Shown here piece after piece: positions 12,755 through 24,515 of a stretch of 64,000 nt of DNA. The DNA lies in contig CM060732.1 of the NCBI GenBank assembly GCA_030704615.1, positions 83,080,001 to 83,144,000 on the forward strand, in the 5' to 3' direction. The first letter of the stretch is position 1. The number at the start of each line of letters is the position of its first letter. A model generated the notes under the pieces. It did not search any database. It was not told the origin of the DNA and saw nothing but the letters and a program-made list of their open reading frames with translations. A program made the position numbers and the translations under genes. Source of the DNA: Takakia lepidozioides. Its lineage: Eukaryota > Plantae > Bryophyta.

Positions 12755-13910
12755 AACGGCCCCGGACGGAAATTCAGCGCCGGTTTTCCATCCTGGGAGG
12801 TTTTTATGTCGGCATGTTTTCAGCCAGACCCCCTGACACGACTTCCTTTGGGGGGGCCCGGATGGAAATTCGGCGCCGAATTTCCATCCGGGGGATACTA
12901 TCTGTCGGACAGATGCCGGCCTCTCCGCCCGAAGCGACTTCATCCGGGCGTCCTCTGTTGGATATTTGGTGCCGAATTTCCGTCCGGGGGTTGTAATTTG
13001 ACGGCCAGATGCCGCCCTCTCCCCTCGAGCCGATTGCATCTGAACAGCCCCGGATGGAAATTCGGCGCCGTTTTTCCATCCAGGGAGGTTTTTATGTCGG
13101 CCACTTTTCGGCCTGACCCCCCGACAAGACTTCCTTTGTGGGGGCCCGGATGGAAATTCGGCGCCGAATTTCCATCCGGGAGATGCTCTCTGTCGGACAG
13201 GTGTCGGCCTCTCCACCTGAGGCGACTTCATCCGGGCGTCCCCTGTTGGATATTCGGTGCCGAATTTCCGTCCGGGGGTTGTAATGTGACGGCTAGGTGC
13301 CGACCTCTCCCCCCGAGCCGACTGCATCCGAACGGCCCCGGATGGAAATTCGGCGCTGTTTTTCTATTCGGGGAGGTTTTTATGTCGGCCAGTTTTCGGC
13401 CTGACCCCCCGACAGGACTTCCTTTGGGGGGGCCCGGACGGAAATTCGGCGCCGAATTTCCATCCAGGGGATGCTCTCAGTCGGACAGGTGCAAGCCTCT
13501 CCGCCCGAGGCGACTTCATCCGGGCGTCCCCTGTTGGATATTCGGTGCCAATTTTCCGTCCGGGGGTTGTAATGTGACGGCCAGGTGCCGGCCTCTCTCC
13601 CCGGGCCGACTGCATCCGAACGGCCCCGGATGGAAATTCGGTGCCGTTTTTCCATCCGGGGAGGTTTTTATGTCGGCCAGTTTTCGGCCTGACCCCCTGA
13701 CAGGACTTCTTTTGGGGGGTCCGGATGGAAATTTGGCTCTGAATTTCCATCCGGGGGATGTTCTCTGTCGGGCAAGTGCCGGCCTCTCTGCCCGAGGCGA
13801 CTTCAACCGGGCGGCCCCTGTTGGATATTCGGTGCCGAATTTCCATCCGGGGGTAGTAATGTGATGGTCCGGTGCTGGCTTCTCCCCTTCAGCCGACATC
13901 ATCCGGATGG
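12755..13910. repeat. Palindrome array C, 288-bp higher-order repeat x4 (3 x 96 bp)
   Basis: ATGTCGGC at 12806, 13094, 13382, 13670. Perfect 36-bp palindrome CCCGGATGGAAATTCGGCGCCGAATTTCCATCCGGG at 12857-12892. Confidence 0.92.
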
Positions 13911-14146
13911 CCCCCCACTTTCTGACTGCATACCGTTGGCAGTTATTGCGCAAAGACCAGGGGCCGCATTCCGGAGACAAGGTTCATTAACACTCTGACT
14001 GTGGATTTTTGAGATAGTTGGCTCCCTGGATTTGGATCAGGCTTCATCGCACGGACAAATCGGCACCGCATTCCTTCCCATCGCTGCATCCCCCTTCTAG
14101 GAGCTTGCCCGCACGCCATCCTGGCTGTCTTGTGTGCACATCTCCC

Positions 14147-15150
14147 ATGGCGGAAAACCCGAGCGCTACAGTGTACTGCCCTCCTCATGAGCATAGAGCT
14201 TCATTTCCGTGCAGAGGGGACATCTGCCGTGTGATGGAGAAATATCTGTGCGTTCGATACCACCTGAAACCGGGGTCGGTTTTTTTGGAGGAGGAAAAGA
14301 AGGACTCAAACGGCGTTGTTGTCGAGAGTATTGTTGTGCTCCACGATAATTTCGGCGATGGCAGGGAATGACGAGTTCCACCATCGGACAACGTCATATA
14401 CAGGGCTGTTGGGGACTTCATTTGCCCGCCAAATGCACCTTCTATCCTGGCGCCTTCCACGAAACAATCCGCGAATCAGAGTGTGGGTACCTCAAAGAGA
14501 GAAGTCCGCAACGAAGTAAATCCAGAGCCGGACCCATCAATGAAGACGAGCGAGAACCGGGTTGTTCACAACCTGTCCGACTCAGACGAGGTCATGGAAG
14601 TTCCGAGATCGTCCTGGAAATCAGGCAAGTCCTCAATGGACGTTAGTGGACGAGGGAGTCATATTCCCAGCACGAGCACCGCAGTTCGATCCATTCTTGA
14701 AATTCTGCGAGGGCTTCACATTGAGGGACACCGCTCGGAGCTGGCCGGGCTGGACTACAGCAAGTTCGCAATTAAATCGGTTACATGCCTTCCCGCAGAT
14801 GTCGACGGTAATATCTTCTTTGAGTTCCCTCCTCGGGCGGCCTTGCGAGAGGGCCTTCGGGACACGCCATTGCTTCGAAGAGGCCAACATTTGGAATGAG
14901 ATGTTCATATCCGTCCAGTGAGACGAAGACTAAGGAGGAGTTTGTGCAGCTCGTTCACGCTCAACGCCGATGCGTTGAGCGTGAACGAGCTGCACAAACT
15001 CCTCCTTGGGGATTCCAGAAATCATTGATGGGGCAAAGAGAATCCTCCATATGGATATTTTCAATTGCATTTTCATGTATCAGACTTTTTTTTGCAGTGT
15101 AATGAAATGCACCCCAAAACTCCTGGAATGAGGCAATATTCCATTCAAAC
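14147..15150 (+). pseudogene. Internally deleted transposase-gene remnant of the Mutator-like element
   Basis: MAENPSATVYCPP..CRVMEKYLCVRYHLKPGSVFLEEEKKD..RVPPSDNVIYRAVG aligns with 24897-25170. A decayed SWIM-tail-like segment (NAP..SWNE) lies near 15100. Confidence 0.65.
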
Positions 15151-16194
15151 TGAGATCCAACAGAAGCAGTTGTGGGGCCATTTCTGGAAAAAAGACGCCG
15201 AATTTCTCTATTTTGGGCCGAAAACTGGCTAAGTCCCAACATGCACTGGTCTGGATGTGTCTGGAAAAATGGCGCCGAATTTCCCTATTTTGGGCCGAAA
15301 ACTGGCTAAGTCCGAACATGCACGGGAATGATGTCTGGAAAAATGGCGCCGAGTTTCCAGTTACATGACCCAGAACTGCCCAACATCTGTGCAATCCCCG
15401 GCACACCATGTACCGAAATTCGGCGCCACATTTCCAAATTTTGGGCTTACACACCTGTCATGAGGGGACCAATAGCCGCGGAATTCGGCACCATTTTTCG
15501 CCAGAGAGACCTATTACCACGAAATACGTCGCGGATTTTTCCGGTTACGGACCCTATTACCGCGAAATTCGGCGCCATTTTTGCACATGTCATTGGGAAT
15601 TGACATGAGCGGAAGACGAAATATCATGAGCACAACTCTCAAAACTACAATTTCCCCTTCAAGGTGCCGAATAATATATTTGTTTTTTCTGACACATTGC
15701 ATTAAATTAATGTTTTATAATGTTTTTTATTTTCGAAATTTGTACTTCTGCTCATGAAAACCGATTGTCTTGATACTCCGCTCATGCCGCTCATGCTCAT
15801 GAAATAGCTAACCTCAGTACAAGTGCTAAAGACTACTAATAGTAACCATTCCAACAAACACTTCATGTCACGATAAAGAGAAACCTTCCCATAGGTGCAA
15901 AGCTTCCATCTTCGCTTTGTGGCCAAGCATAAGGAAGTATTGGGAAGGGAGTTACTGGAAATTAGGCAAGAAAGGTGTGTCTGTTTGTCTCTAGAAAAAC
16001 AATAGAACCATGTACAGTATAACATGTCTAGATCTCAATTGAGACTACATAATTCTTTTCACTGTCATTCCTATGTTTACTAAGGCTCTTATGTGCTATT
16101 CTCATTCCTCCTCTGTCATTACAGTATTGTTGTAACCTGGGCAGAGAGCTATTCACACCTGATCCTCCCAAACAGAATTATAGTAGGTACACGA

Positions 16195-16375
16195 CGTTTT
16201 TCTCTCCTCTCTCCTATTCCACTCAAATAAGGCTATGGCAAGCAAACAACGTCTCTCTCTCCTTCTTTCCTGTTCCCCTCAAACAAGGCTTTGCTTGTAA
16301 TGTCTCTTTCTCCTTCTATCCTGTTCCACTCAAACAAGGCTTTGCTTGCAATGTCTCTCTCTCCTTCTCTCCTGC
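16195..16375. repeat. ~52-bp pyrimidine-rich tandem repeat, about 3.5 copies
   Basis: TCTCTCTCCTTCT.TCCTGTTCCACTCAAACAAGGCTTTGCTTG recurs. Confidence 0.75.
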
Positions 16376-16778
16376 AGTTCAAGAAGTTCAAGAAAATCAA
16401 GAACACTGAGTGCCACCCGATGGTTCTGGGGTAAAATCCTGCTATTTAGACGCCTTTGTGGTGAGGTTGCTGTGGAAGAGGTTATTTTTTCCTATCACTA
16501 TTAAGAGGCTTGATTTGTGAGCTGTCGCTCTTAGGTGGTTTTAAGAACTGTCATCAAGCTCTGTCGTAGGTTGGTCGAATTGTAGGGATGAAGATAATAA
16601 AAGCCTAAACCACCAACTTCCGGGGGCGATTCGGAGGTAAGAATTGAAAGGAAACCAAAGTTCAAATGAGCCTACTGCTCAACACACACACTATCGAGGG
16701 GACAATGGAACAGTAGAAGAACGATCTGAAGGATTGAACCCAGGATCACCCTGGTTATGCACTCTATTCAAAGTAGGA

Positions 16779-17130
16779 GGGGTCTGTTTTCACAGTTTAC
16801 ATGAACCTCACAAGGAGGACTGATACCATAATTCACAGCAATCCCAGAAGATGAAGGGCCATGCAAGGAATAGCACCATGACATCTTGCATCAAAAGAGC
16901 CAAGTGCTACCTGATTTGACCCCTTATGGAGGTCATGGCACTTGTTCAAAGCAGGGGGGGTCTGTTTTCACAGTTTCCATGAACCTCACAAGGGGACTGA
17001 TACCATAATTCACAGCAATCCCAGCTTATGAAGGGCCGTGCAAGGAACAACACCATGACATCTTGCATCCAAAGAGCCAATTTCGACCTGATTTGACCCA
17101 ATATGGAGGTCATGGCACTTGTTCAAAGCA
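16779..17130. repeat. ~177-bp tandem duplication
   Basis: GGGGTCTGTTTTCACAGTTT..GGAGGTCATGGCACTTGTTCAAAGCA occurs twice in tandem. Confidence 0.85.
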
Positions 17131-17971
17131 AATGTTTCTAAGTACTAAAATACACAGCAAAGACACCAATTTCCACCTACTGTCTTGGTACCATTCATCA
17201 AGAGGGGGTGTTTCCTCCTTTGTAATATCCATACCATGTAACACAAGTATTGTTTTGGTTCCCTGCCAAAGCAGACAGCCCAGTAGAGACTTAAATTGAC
17301 CACTGCACATACAGATCAAGCCCCACCTTAGAACATAATGTTGTAATCTCTCCAACTCAAACACGCCCCTTGAATCCCAGTATGCCTAAGCATTTTCTCC
17401 AAATCAGAGAACACCTCAACACACAAGCATATTGTGACAATTGCTTCTTCACGGAGTCGTTCATTGCAATCCAAATGCTCCAGCAACTGCTCCAGCCTTT
17501 GCACAGGATAGAGAAGGTCAACATGACCAGCACCTTCCACGTCACTTACACACATATACACACAAAAAGATCTTGCCTCAAGGCTGAATGGGTCCTTTTG
17601 TTATGGAAATCACTTTGTGCATACCGGACCACTCTGTCACAACTATAATTACGTCAGCTCTGGTGGCCATGAAGAGATAGAGACACATTTTAAAATTGTG
17701 GATCTATGCCTGTAAAATCCAAGGCTCACTCATTGTGTTTACGTGGCTACACTCTAAAACAAAACATGGGCATTTGAACAGTTGAAGTGACTTGTGCGTG
17801 ATAGAACCACTTTAAGCCTGTATGACCAAAAACCAGCATGCAGCCATCTTTGCCTAGACTATGCTGAGAAGGCCTATATGCTCCTCTCCCATGAATAAAG
17901 CTTGACACCATGGCATTCTTCATCCTTCTTCAGATGTCCAGGCAGTATGCAAAAGAGCCTGAGGTCTGCAC

Positions 17972-18076
17972 CTTATTAACAATAGGTTTGAGTGTTCGGC
18001 AAGGCCCGCAAGTAGGTGAAGTGTACAGGACCCCAAGCAACCGAGGGCTCTCATGATACAGTTTCCTTAGCGCGTA
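17972..18076 (-). pseudogene. NTRC: Orphan exon of NADPH-thioredoxin reductase C (thioredoxin domain)
   Basis: [35 protein letters not shown] (35 codons) with GT donor. The acceptor AG reads AA, and no other NTRC exons are recognisable nearby. Confidence 0.88.
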
Positions 18077-18715
18077 TTGTATAAAAGAAAGACAATTAGA
18101 GGACTCTTTGATGGATACAATACTACAAAACACTGATGCTTTATTGGACATTTACTTTCACTCAAACACAATGGACCCACCTCTCAGTTCATGCTCAAAT
18201 CAAAGGCTCTGTTGCGTTGAAATCGATAAAAAGAAGAGACAGGTCATCAAATCACCATCACTCGTACAATAATTGGGCCCGAAACTTGCTGAAATATGCT
18301 CACTACCAAAACTAAGAGGACAACGTTCAGTCTATGATCACAGTTGTCCAGCACAGCATCATAGGCAATTAAACAGTAGGGCAATGAATGAATGAACACC
18401 ACCAGGCTACAGTATCACGAGAGCGACATGACCTCTTGGTTACCTGAAGATCTCCGGCAGCATATACACCCTCCACTGACGTATCAGTGTTGTTTTTCGA
18501 TTCTTTCCTTTTCAAAACCACCATAGATCCACCAACGAGCTACCATGCAGAGTTCAACATCGGAACGACTCTGATAACAGGATCTCAGGGCCGAGTTTCA
18601 TGAGAGGTAAAACAGGCTGAAACAGGTCGAAGAAGAAGGTGCCCCCTCACCACATTGCGTGAAACCCCTCCACGCTCGAGCACACCCTTCCCCGCGCTGC
18701 TTTTCGGGCATTTCA

Positions 18716-18920
18716 GGCAGGTTCCAAAGAAATTGACGACGACGATGACGTGTCTACGATGACCTGGCTACGATGATGTGGCAATGATGATGTGGCGACG
18801 ATGATGTGGCACTATGGCACCCTATTCCTGCTCTACGCTAAACTAGCTTCCGACCTTCGGTCGTCGCTAGAACTAGGGCTTCGCGTTGCTCGCACTACTA
18901 ACGACGAATTCTGAGAACTA
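18716..18920 (-). mobile_element. Hairpin-rich Helentron/Helitron2-like terminus, copy 1
   Basis: GA(C/T)GTGGC repeats, then CTAGC-TTC-CGACC-TTC-GGTCG-TC-GCTAG hairpin, then CTAGGGCTTCGCGTTGCTCGCACTA. Near-identical to 29218-29410 and 36756-36895. Confidence 0.55.
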
Positions 18921-21900
18921 CACTACAACAGATGAGCGTTTTTATGACTTCACATATGACTATTTTTTCAGTCTTATATGCGTTCATGACTACATCACTC
19001 TGTAGTGAAAAAAGCCCTATCATAGCGACTAGTCTTTAGGACTGCGCTTTGCAAGTCATATCCATGACTGCTTGCGTGGCACCTGGAGTCCTGCTGCAGA
19101 GAGGGTTGCAGTCACAACTATATGACTAATATATGACTACATTGTCTGTTGAGCGCTGCCTACATGGAGAGGCTTCAGTGGGACACCTGTGCCACTGCGC
19201 AAGCGACACGTCATGCATTCGTCAGGGGATCATATGACTATATGTCTGCAAAGTGATGCCTACATGGAGAGGCGACGGATGGACACTGCGAATTTGACAT
19301 GTCACGACTGCTTGCCATGATCATATGACTACATGACTCGCTCATATGACTACAGGGATGTCTACATGGAGAGATATTAGCGGGACACCTGTTGCACTTG
19401 AGATGTGACATGTGGCACACAGACAAAATATATGACTAGCATATATGACTACGGATCTTTACACGTGGTGAAAATATGGATAAAGAATATCGTGTCATAT
19501 ACTGCCACGTATTCTGGTTTGAGCAAGAGTGATGCCACGTGTCATCAAGATTGTTTTTCGAAATAGTTTATATTTTTAATGTTCATATTTTAATTTTTAG
19601 TTTTCATTTAATATTTAAAAGAACAGGGAGATTGCAACCTTGGATTTTTTTTTAATGGTATTATTTTTAATATTATTATTTAAAATGAAAGTGAATTAAA
19701 TGATTTAAAATCTTGATTACATGGTGAAATTCCTCCTGCATACTATCAACCACAAGGAGAATGAAAATAGTCAACTACAGGGCAATACAAGCCCTATAAA
19801 TCACATTACAAAAATCCAAATGAGACCAATATCCCAATAGACACCTCAAAAGCCACAAGGTCAAAAAATCCATGCCTCAAAAGGCCCAGCCAAAAACAAG
19901 CAAGCCCACACATGGGCTGAATTGTTGTAGCTAGTATGTTCTAGTGCTATTAGAATCAAGAACTCTGTTAAACAGTGCAATACTGACTATCCCTTCCGCA
20001 GCTCCATAAGTTTCAGTAACTTTAGACTCCAAAGTGTTGTCTGACCAACCACCTGCCCCAACTCGGTCTGTTTCCTAACACCATTCACATATGGTAGAGG
20101 GGTGTTACTGACACATGCCTCTTTGATGTACACACAGGCATAATCAAGGGGCACAGCAGGGTACCCGTAACCCACCATAGCACCTTGAAGAGCAACAATC
20201 AGCCCTACTCCACATTTCTTGCGTTTGGAGTTCACATCCAACAGCCGAACCTCGTCACCCACCCTGAACTGTGATCCCAACTCCACACAAAAAAGAACAC
20301 GATGTGAAAACCCATGACATACACACGACTAGGACACTCAACATTTGCGAGTTAAAGAGAGCCCCAAGGTTGGAAAAAATATAACAGACAAGACAACGGC
20401 CTGGACTTACTCCATTTGCAGTCTCCAGTGGTGGTGAGACCTCTTTTGGGGGCTACTCGCCGGGTCGACACTCTTGCCCCTCGTCTGTACCGGCTTGTCG
20501 ACAATATTACCTTTGTTTGTCACAAGTTCCTGTGTCACAGACCAGAGATCAACCAGGAAAGCAATGAGCAAACAAGAATAGTGAATAGAAACAAAATCCA
20601 AGTATGAATCAAACAAAAAAAGCCAACATGAAAAGCTGCAAAGAAAACCTAGCATTAATGCAACCGAGGAGAAGCATCCAGGAAAGCAATGCAATGAATG
20701 AACCCACAAAAATGTAGCCTCTGGAGCACTGTCAGAATGTTTGTACCTTCTCAGTAGCAGTGTTGTATGGTTGTTGTCCGAAAACAGGCTGAGACTCCAA
20801 AAACTTGGGAATACTGGCAGCTTTCGATGCCTTCCACAAGAAAGGCCACAACACCTCTGTTAGATACTCATCAGTTGGTGAATCTGGTTGCACCTTCCAT
20901 GGCTCTGGAAAAATCCCACTGAAGGGAGGATTGTTTGCCGCCTTTCTTGGTGTGTCGTCAACAAGAACAGTGTCCTCATAAGTCCATTCTGGCCAGTCTG
21001 CCCACACTGTAGACAAGTTCTTGAAATATAATGGCTTTGAATCATACCCCTTACGGCATGGGAGGACTGGATCCTCGTCACAGTGAAGGGCATCCCACTG
21101 GAAAACCAGGTTAGTGTGGGCTGCAAAAATATAGTCCACCATTGGGAAGAAGTTGCGAGCTTGGTAACAAGACCACACCGCCACCTCAAAGTGTTCAAAA
21201 CACTTTTGCAAAAAGTCATAACAGCGTGGTCTCAAAACTACCATCTTCTTGCCACACATCTTCCCCACAAAACCTTTGGGAAGGGATGCAGGCCCATTAG
21301 CAGAATGAAAAGATTCACATAACAGACCATTTAAGTCCAGAATTAGTAAATGCTTCCTCGTTGGTCCAGGAAGTAAACTGACATTTGGCTTCAACATGTG
21401 AGCAGGAGAAATTAAAGCAACCTGCTTGTTTGTTTTGTCCCCGTCTGCATCTTCCTCCCCATCTAAACTCCCACATACCTGCATACCAGAATCCGGTGTG
21501 CCCGGCGGCTCTGTCACCATTGCCCCCTGGACTGCTACTGCTTTTGTGCGTGGCAAGGGCTGAATTTCCACGTGTACCTCACAGCTGGCCTTCCCTGTAT
21601 CCTGCTGTTGCTCGGTCAAATTCAAAAGATCATCAGTGACAGGAAGACATAAGGGCTTAGAGTGAGCACCAGTTACCGTCTGAAATTGGGATTCCAAACA
21701 TTTTGATACTGTCACAACAGACGTATCCATCGTAGATGTCACTGGTCCTGCGCCTGGTAGATTAATCCCCAATCTGGTCACAATGGCTTTCTGGTACTCA
21801 ATCATACTCTGCATCTGTAATTTTAATTTTGCCATGTCACGTCCTTGTGATTCCACCAGTTTGTCCAAGCCATCCATCCTGCCAACTACTGTAGAATATG

Positions 21901-23400
21901 TGAGACTTCCCTCCTGCCAATCCATGAAAACTTGCCCAAGTATGAATCAAACCAAAAAAATCTAGCATGAACAACCATTGGAAAGAAAACCCAGGCCAAA
22001 AGCCGTGAAAAAAACCCTAGCAACCTATGATGCAGCAACCACTCTAGCAAACGTGGAAAACACACTTACCCGCCTGTCACTCCCAGCTGACAACCGTGAC
22101 ACTGAACCCTCTTGAATTTCATATAATGTAGGAGGGCACCCTGATAGTGTTTCCTACAAATTAATCCATGCCACAAACAAACCCATGCCACAAGTCAATA
22201 AGCAATGTGAGGGCTGACTATATACACATAGCAATTCAATGAGGAACAAAATACAGAGTCGTGATGATGCCACTTACCAAGCATGCTTCCACCATTGCCT
22301 TCCCACCACGGCTAGTCTTGGTAGGATTCAGAATTGCACCATTTGTCTTCTTCATGTTGCCCGACACTTTGTGGAACACCTCTGTCTGCCAGTAACTTAC
22401 AAGCTTGTTCCATACCTCGTCAGATACAGTAATGGGTTTCCCCTTACCACCCAACCACGCAGTGTGTGCTTCATAACGCTGGCTCTTCATTATTCTGCCA
22501 ATTGTTTGTTTTAGGTGGAAGTCTTTTAACTCGTGCGGCGTATATGAAAATAGCTTAGCCAGGTGATCTCTGATTTCGTATACAACTTCATCAGGTTGGT
22601 TGTTGATGGCAAGGGAACAACTAGCTTGCGATAAGCCTGTCCTTTAAGGGCAGCGTGCCATACATTCCGGGTCTGACCATACGGGGCTCCTTTGAGGTTC
22701 GTCAAAATCACCGTGGGGGGAAGACCTGCAGCTATTCTCTCTTCCTTGACCTTGACAACTTCAATTTTGGCTGAGCTATTAGCCCTCCTTAAAGCATTGG
22801 TTCTATCATTCTTTGAAACGGCACCCTCCCCTCCTTCAGAGACCTCCATGCGCTCAGGAGAATTCAAAGCAGGATCCCGCCAAGTAGGGACTGGTGGCCA
22901 TGGTTGTTGGCCAGAAGGCCGAGGACCATACTGTCCATAAGCAGGAGGATATTCCGGTGGCCTGCCACCCCCATAGCTATTAGGGGGTGGCAAATATGTG
23001 GAGGAGGATACTGGCCATACTGCCCATATGGAGGAGCACCATATTGACCCCGACCATACTGAGTGCCAGACTGTGGGTACTGAGTACCATAATAAGGTGG
23101 GGGTACTGGTGGCAACCCACAACGTTGGGAGAGTTAGGGCCACCTCCTGCGTTCTTGTGGGCGCCATCACCATTGCTAGCAGCAGGGATCGTGGATCCAG
23201 TGCGCTTGTGCTTGCCCTGAAAAGAAATTCCCCCAGTACAATGTGGGTGATTACACATACATATAGGCAGCAAGCAGCAAATCCTTGAATTCAGGCAAAA
23301 CAAACTGGAAGCACATATCATTTGTAAAGACAAGATTACCCAAAACTCAGTATGATCTTGGGCAGTAAATCTCCCAAATTTGATTGGCCCCAATGATGTC
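18921..23400 (-). mobile_element. CACTA (En/Spm) element, one terminus retained and the other truncated
   Basis: Begins CACTACAAC exactly where the paralogous repeat at 29401-29410 continues with other sequence. Many (A)TATGACTA subterminal repeats at 18940-19455. Carries a TnpA-like gene. Confidence 0.8.
19987..23216 (-). pseudogene. Multi-exon CACTA TnpA-like gene containing an FCP1/NIF-family HAD phosphatase domain
   Basis: Approximate exons 23216-22278 (VSDEVWNKLVSYW..KVS..MKK..SRGG, Ptta/En/Spm-like, frameshifted), 22153-22070, 21931-20747 (LLILDLNGLL, LRPRCYDFL, VAVWS, YFKNL, VLVDDTPRKA..NPPFSGIFP), 20529-20411 and ~20280-19987 (Tnp1/En/Spm-like C-terminal domain VGDEVRLL..PLPY..LGQVVGQTTLW). 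Confidence 0.72.
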
Positions 23401-23424
23401 CTCCCAGATGTCGGAAGGTGCGAC

Positions 23425-24515
23425 TCGGACGGAAATGCGGTGCCGCATTTCTGTTCCCGTTGTTCATAATTCTCAATCAGAACGGAAATGCGGTACCGCA
23501 TTTCAGTTCCGATGTTTCACGATTTTCAGTCAGAACGGAAATGCGGTGCCGCATTTCCGTTCTGTAGAGTATTAAGGTCTGACCCGGGCGGAAATGCGGT
23601 GCCACATTTCCGTCCTACAGCTCCATGCCTCACATACAAAATGGAAATGTGGTGCCGCATTTCCGTTTTGGAATGTCCGAAGGTGTGACTCCGACGGAAA
23701 TGCGGTACCGCATTTCAGTTCTGATGTTTCACGATTTTTCGTCAGAACGGAAATGCGGTGCCGCATTTCCGTTCTGCAATGTCGGGAGGTGCGACTCGGA
23801 TGGAAATGCGCTACCGCATTTCAGTTCCGATGGTTCACGATTTTCAGTCAGAACGGAAATGCGGTACCGCATTTCCGTTCTGAATAGTATGAATGTCTCA
23901 AGCGGTCGGAATTGCGCTGTAGCTTTTCCGTCACTCGGCTCCATGCCTCAGATACAAAACGGAAATGCGGCGCCGCATTTCCGTTCTGGAATGTTGGAAA
24001 GTGCGACTCGGACGGAAATGCGGTGTCGCATTTCAGTTCCGATGGTTCAGGATTTTCAGTCAGAACGGAAATGCGGTACCGCATTTCCGTTCTGGAGAGT
24101 ATAAAGGTCTTTTGAGGACGGAAATGCGGTGCAGCATTTCTATCCCTCAGCTCCATGCGTCAGATACAAAATGGAAATGCGGCGCCGTATTTCCGTTCTG
24201 GTATGTCAGAAGGTGCGACTCGGACGGAAATGCGGTGCCGCATTTCTGTTCCCGTTGTTCATAATTCTCAATCAGAACGGAAATACAGTACCGCATTTCC
24301 GTTCCACCTTCACATACCGTGCTTGTTGGATGGAAATGCGTTACCGCATTTCCGTTCTGGAGAGTATAAAGGTTTCCCCCGGAAGGAAACTCGGTGCCGC
24401 ATTTCCGTCGCTCTGGTGCATGACAAAGATGCAAAACGGAAATGCGGCGCCGTATTTCCGTCCAGCAGCAATCGAAAGTATCATTTCGGACGAAAATCTG
24501 GAACCTCATTTCCGC
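23425..24515. repeat. Strict 53-bp-period array of 21 palindromes with recurring spacer classes
   Basis: GGAAATGCGGT(A/G)CCGCATTTCC at 23431, 23484, 23537 ... 24438 (every 53 bp), plus a degenerate copy near 24491. Perfect 36-bp palindrome at 23848-23883. Confidence 0.95.

Larger units (their letters stand above)
10651..15815 (+). mobile_element. Non-autonomous Mutator-like DNA transposon with TIRs, 7(-8)-bp TSD and internal palindrome arrays
   Basis: Left end GGGGGTTGCTATTTCATGAGCGGCATGAGC; right end GCTCATGCTCATGAAATAGCTAACCTC. AGTACAA(G) flanks both ends (10644-10650 and 15816-15822). Its internal ORF remnants are homologous to those of the 23.4-28.1 kb transposase element. Confidence 0.85.

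Noticed and set aside
12707-13864. 385-aa ORF and overlapping antisense ORFs as real proteins
   Set aside because: They are a by-product of a GC-rich 288-bp (96-codon) palindromic repeat that stays open in several frames on both strands.
17110-17561. Named gene for the minus-strand exon-like pieces
   Set aside because: Splice-like signals are present but I could not recognise the protein.
18921-19007. Complete 87-bp mini-CACTA (CACTACA...TGTAGTG)
   Set aside because: The 3-bp flanks differ (CTA versus AAA) and subterminal repeats continue well beyond it, so the inner TGTAGTG is internal.
23425-24515. CRISPR array
   Set aside because: Spacers recur as a few classes in higher-order order, there are no cas genes, and the array lies inside a eukaryotic transposon.
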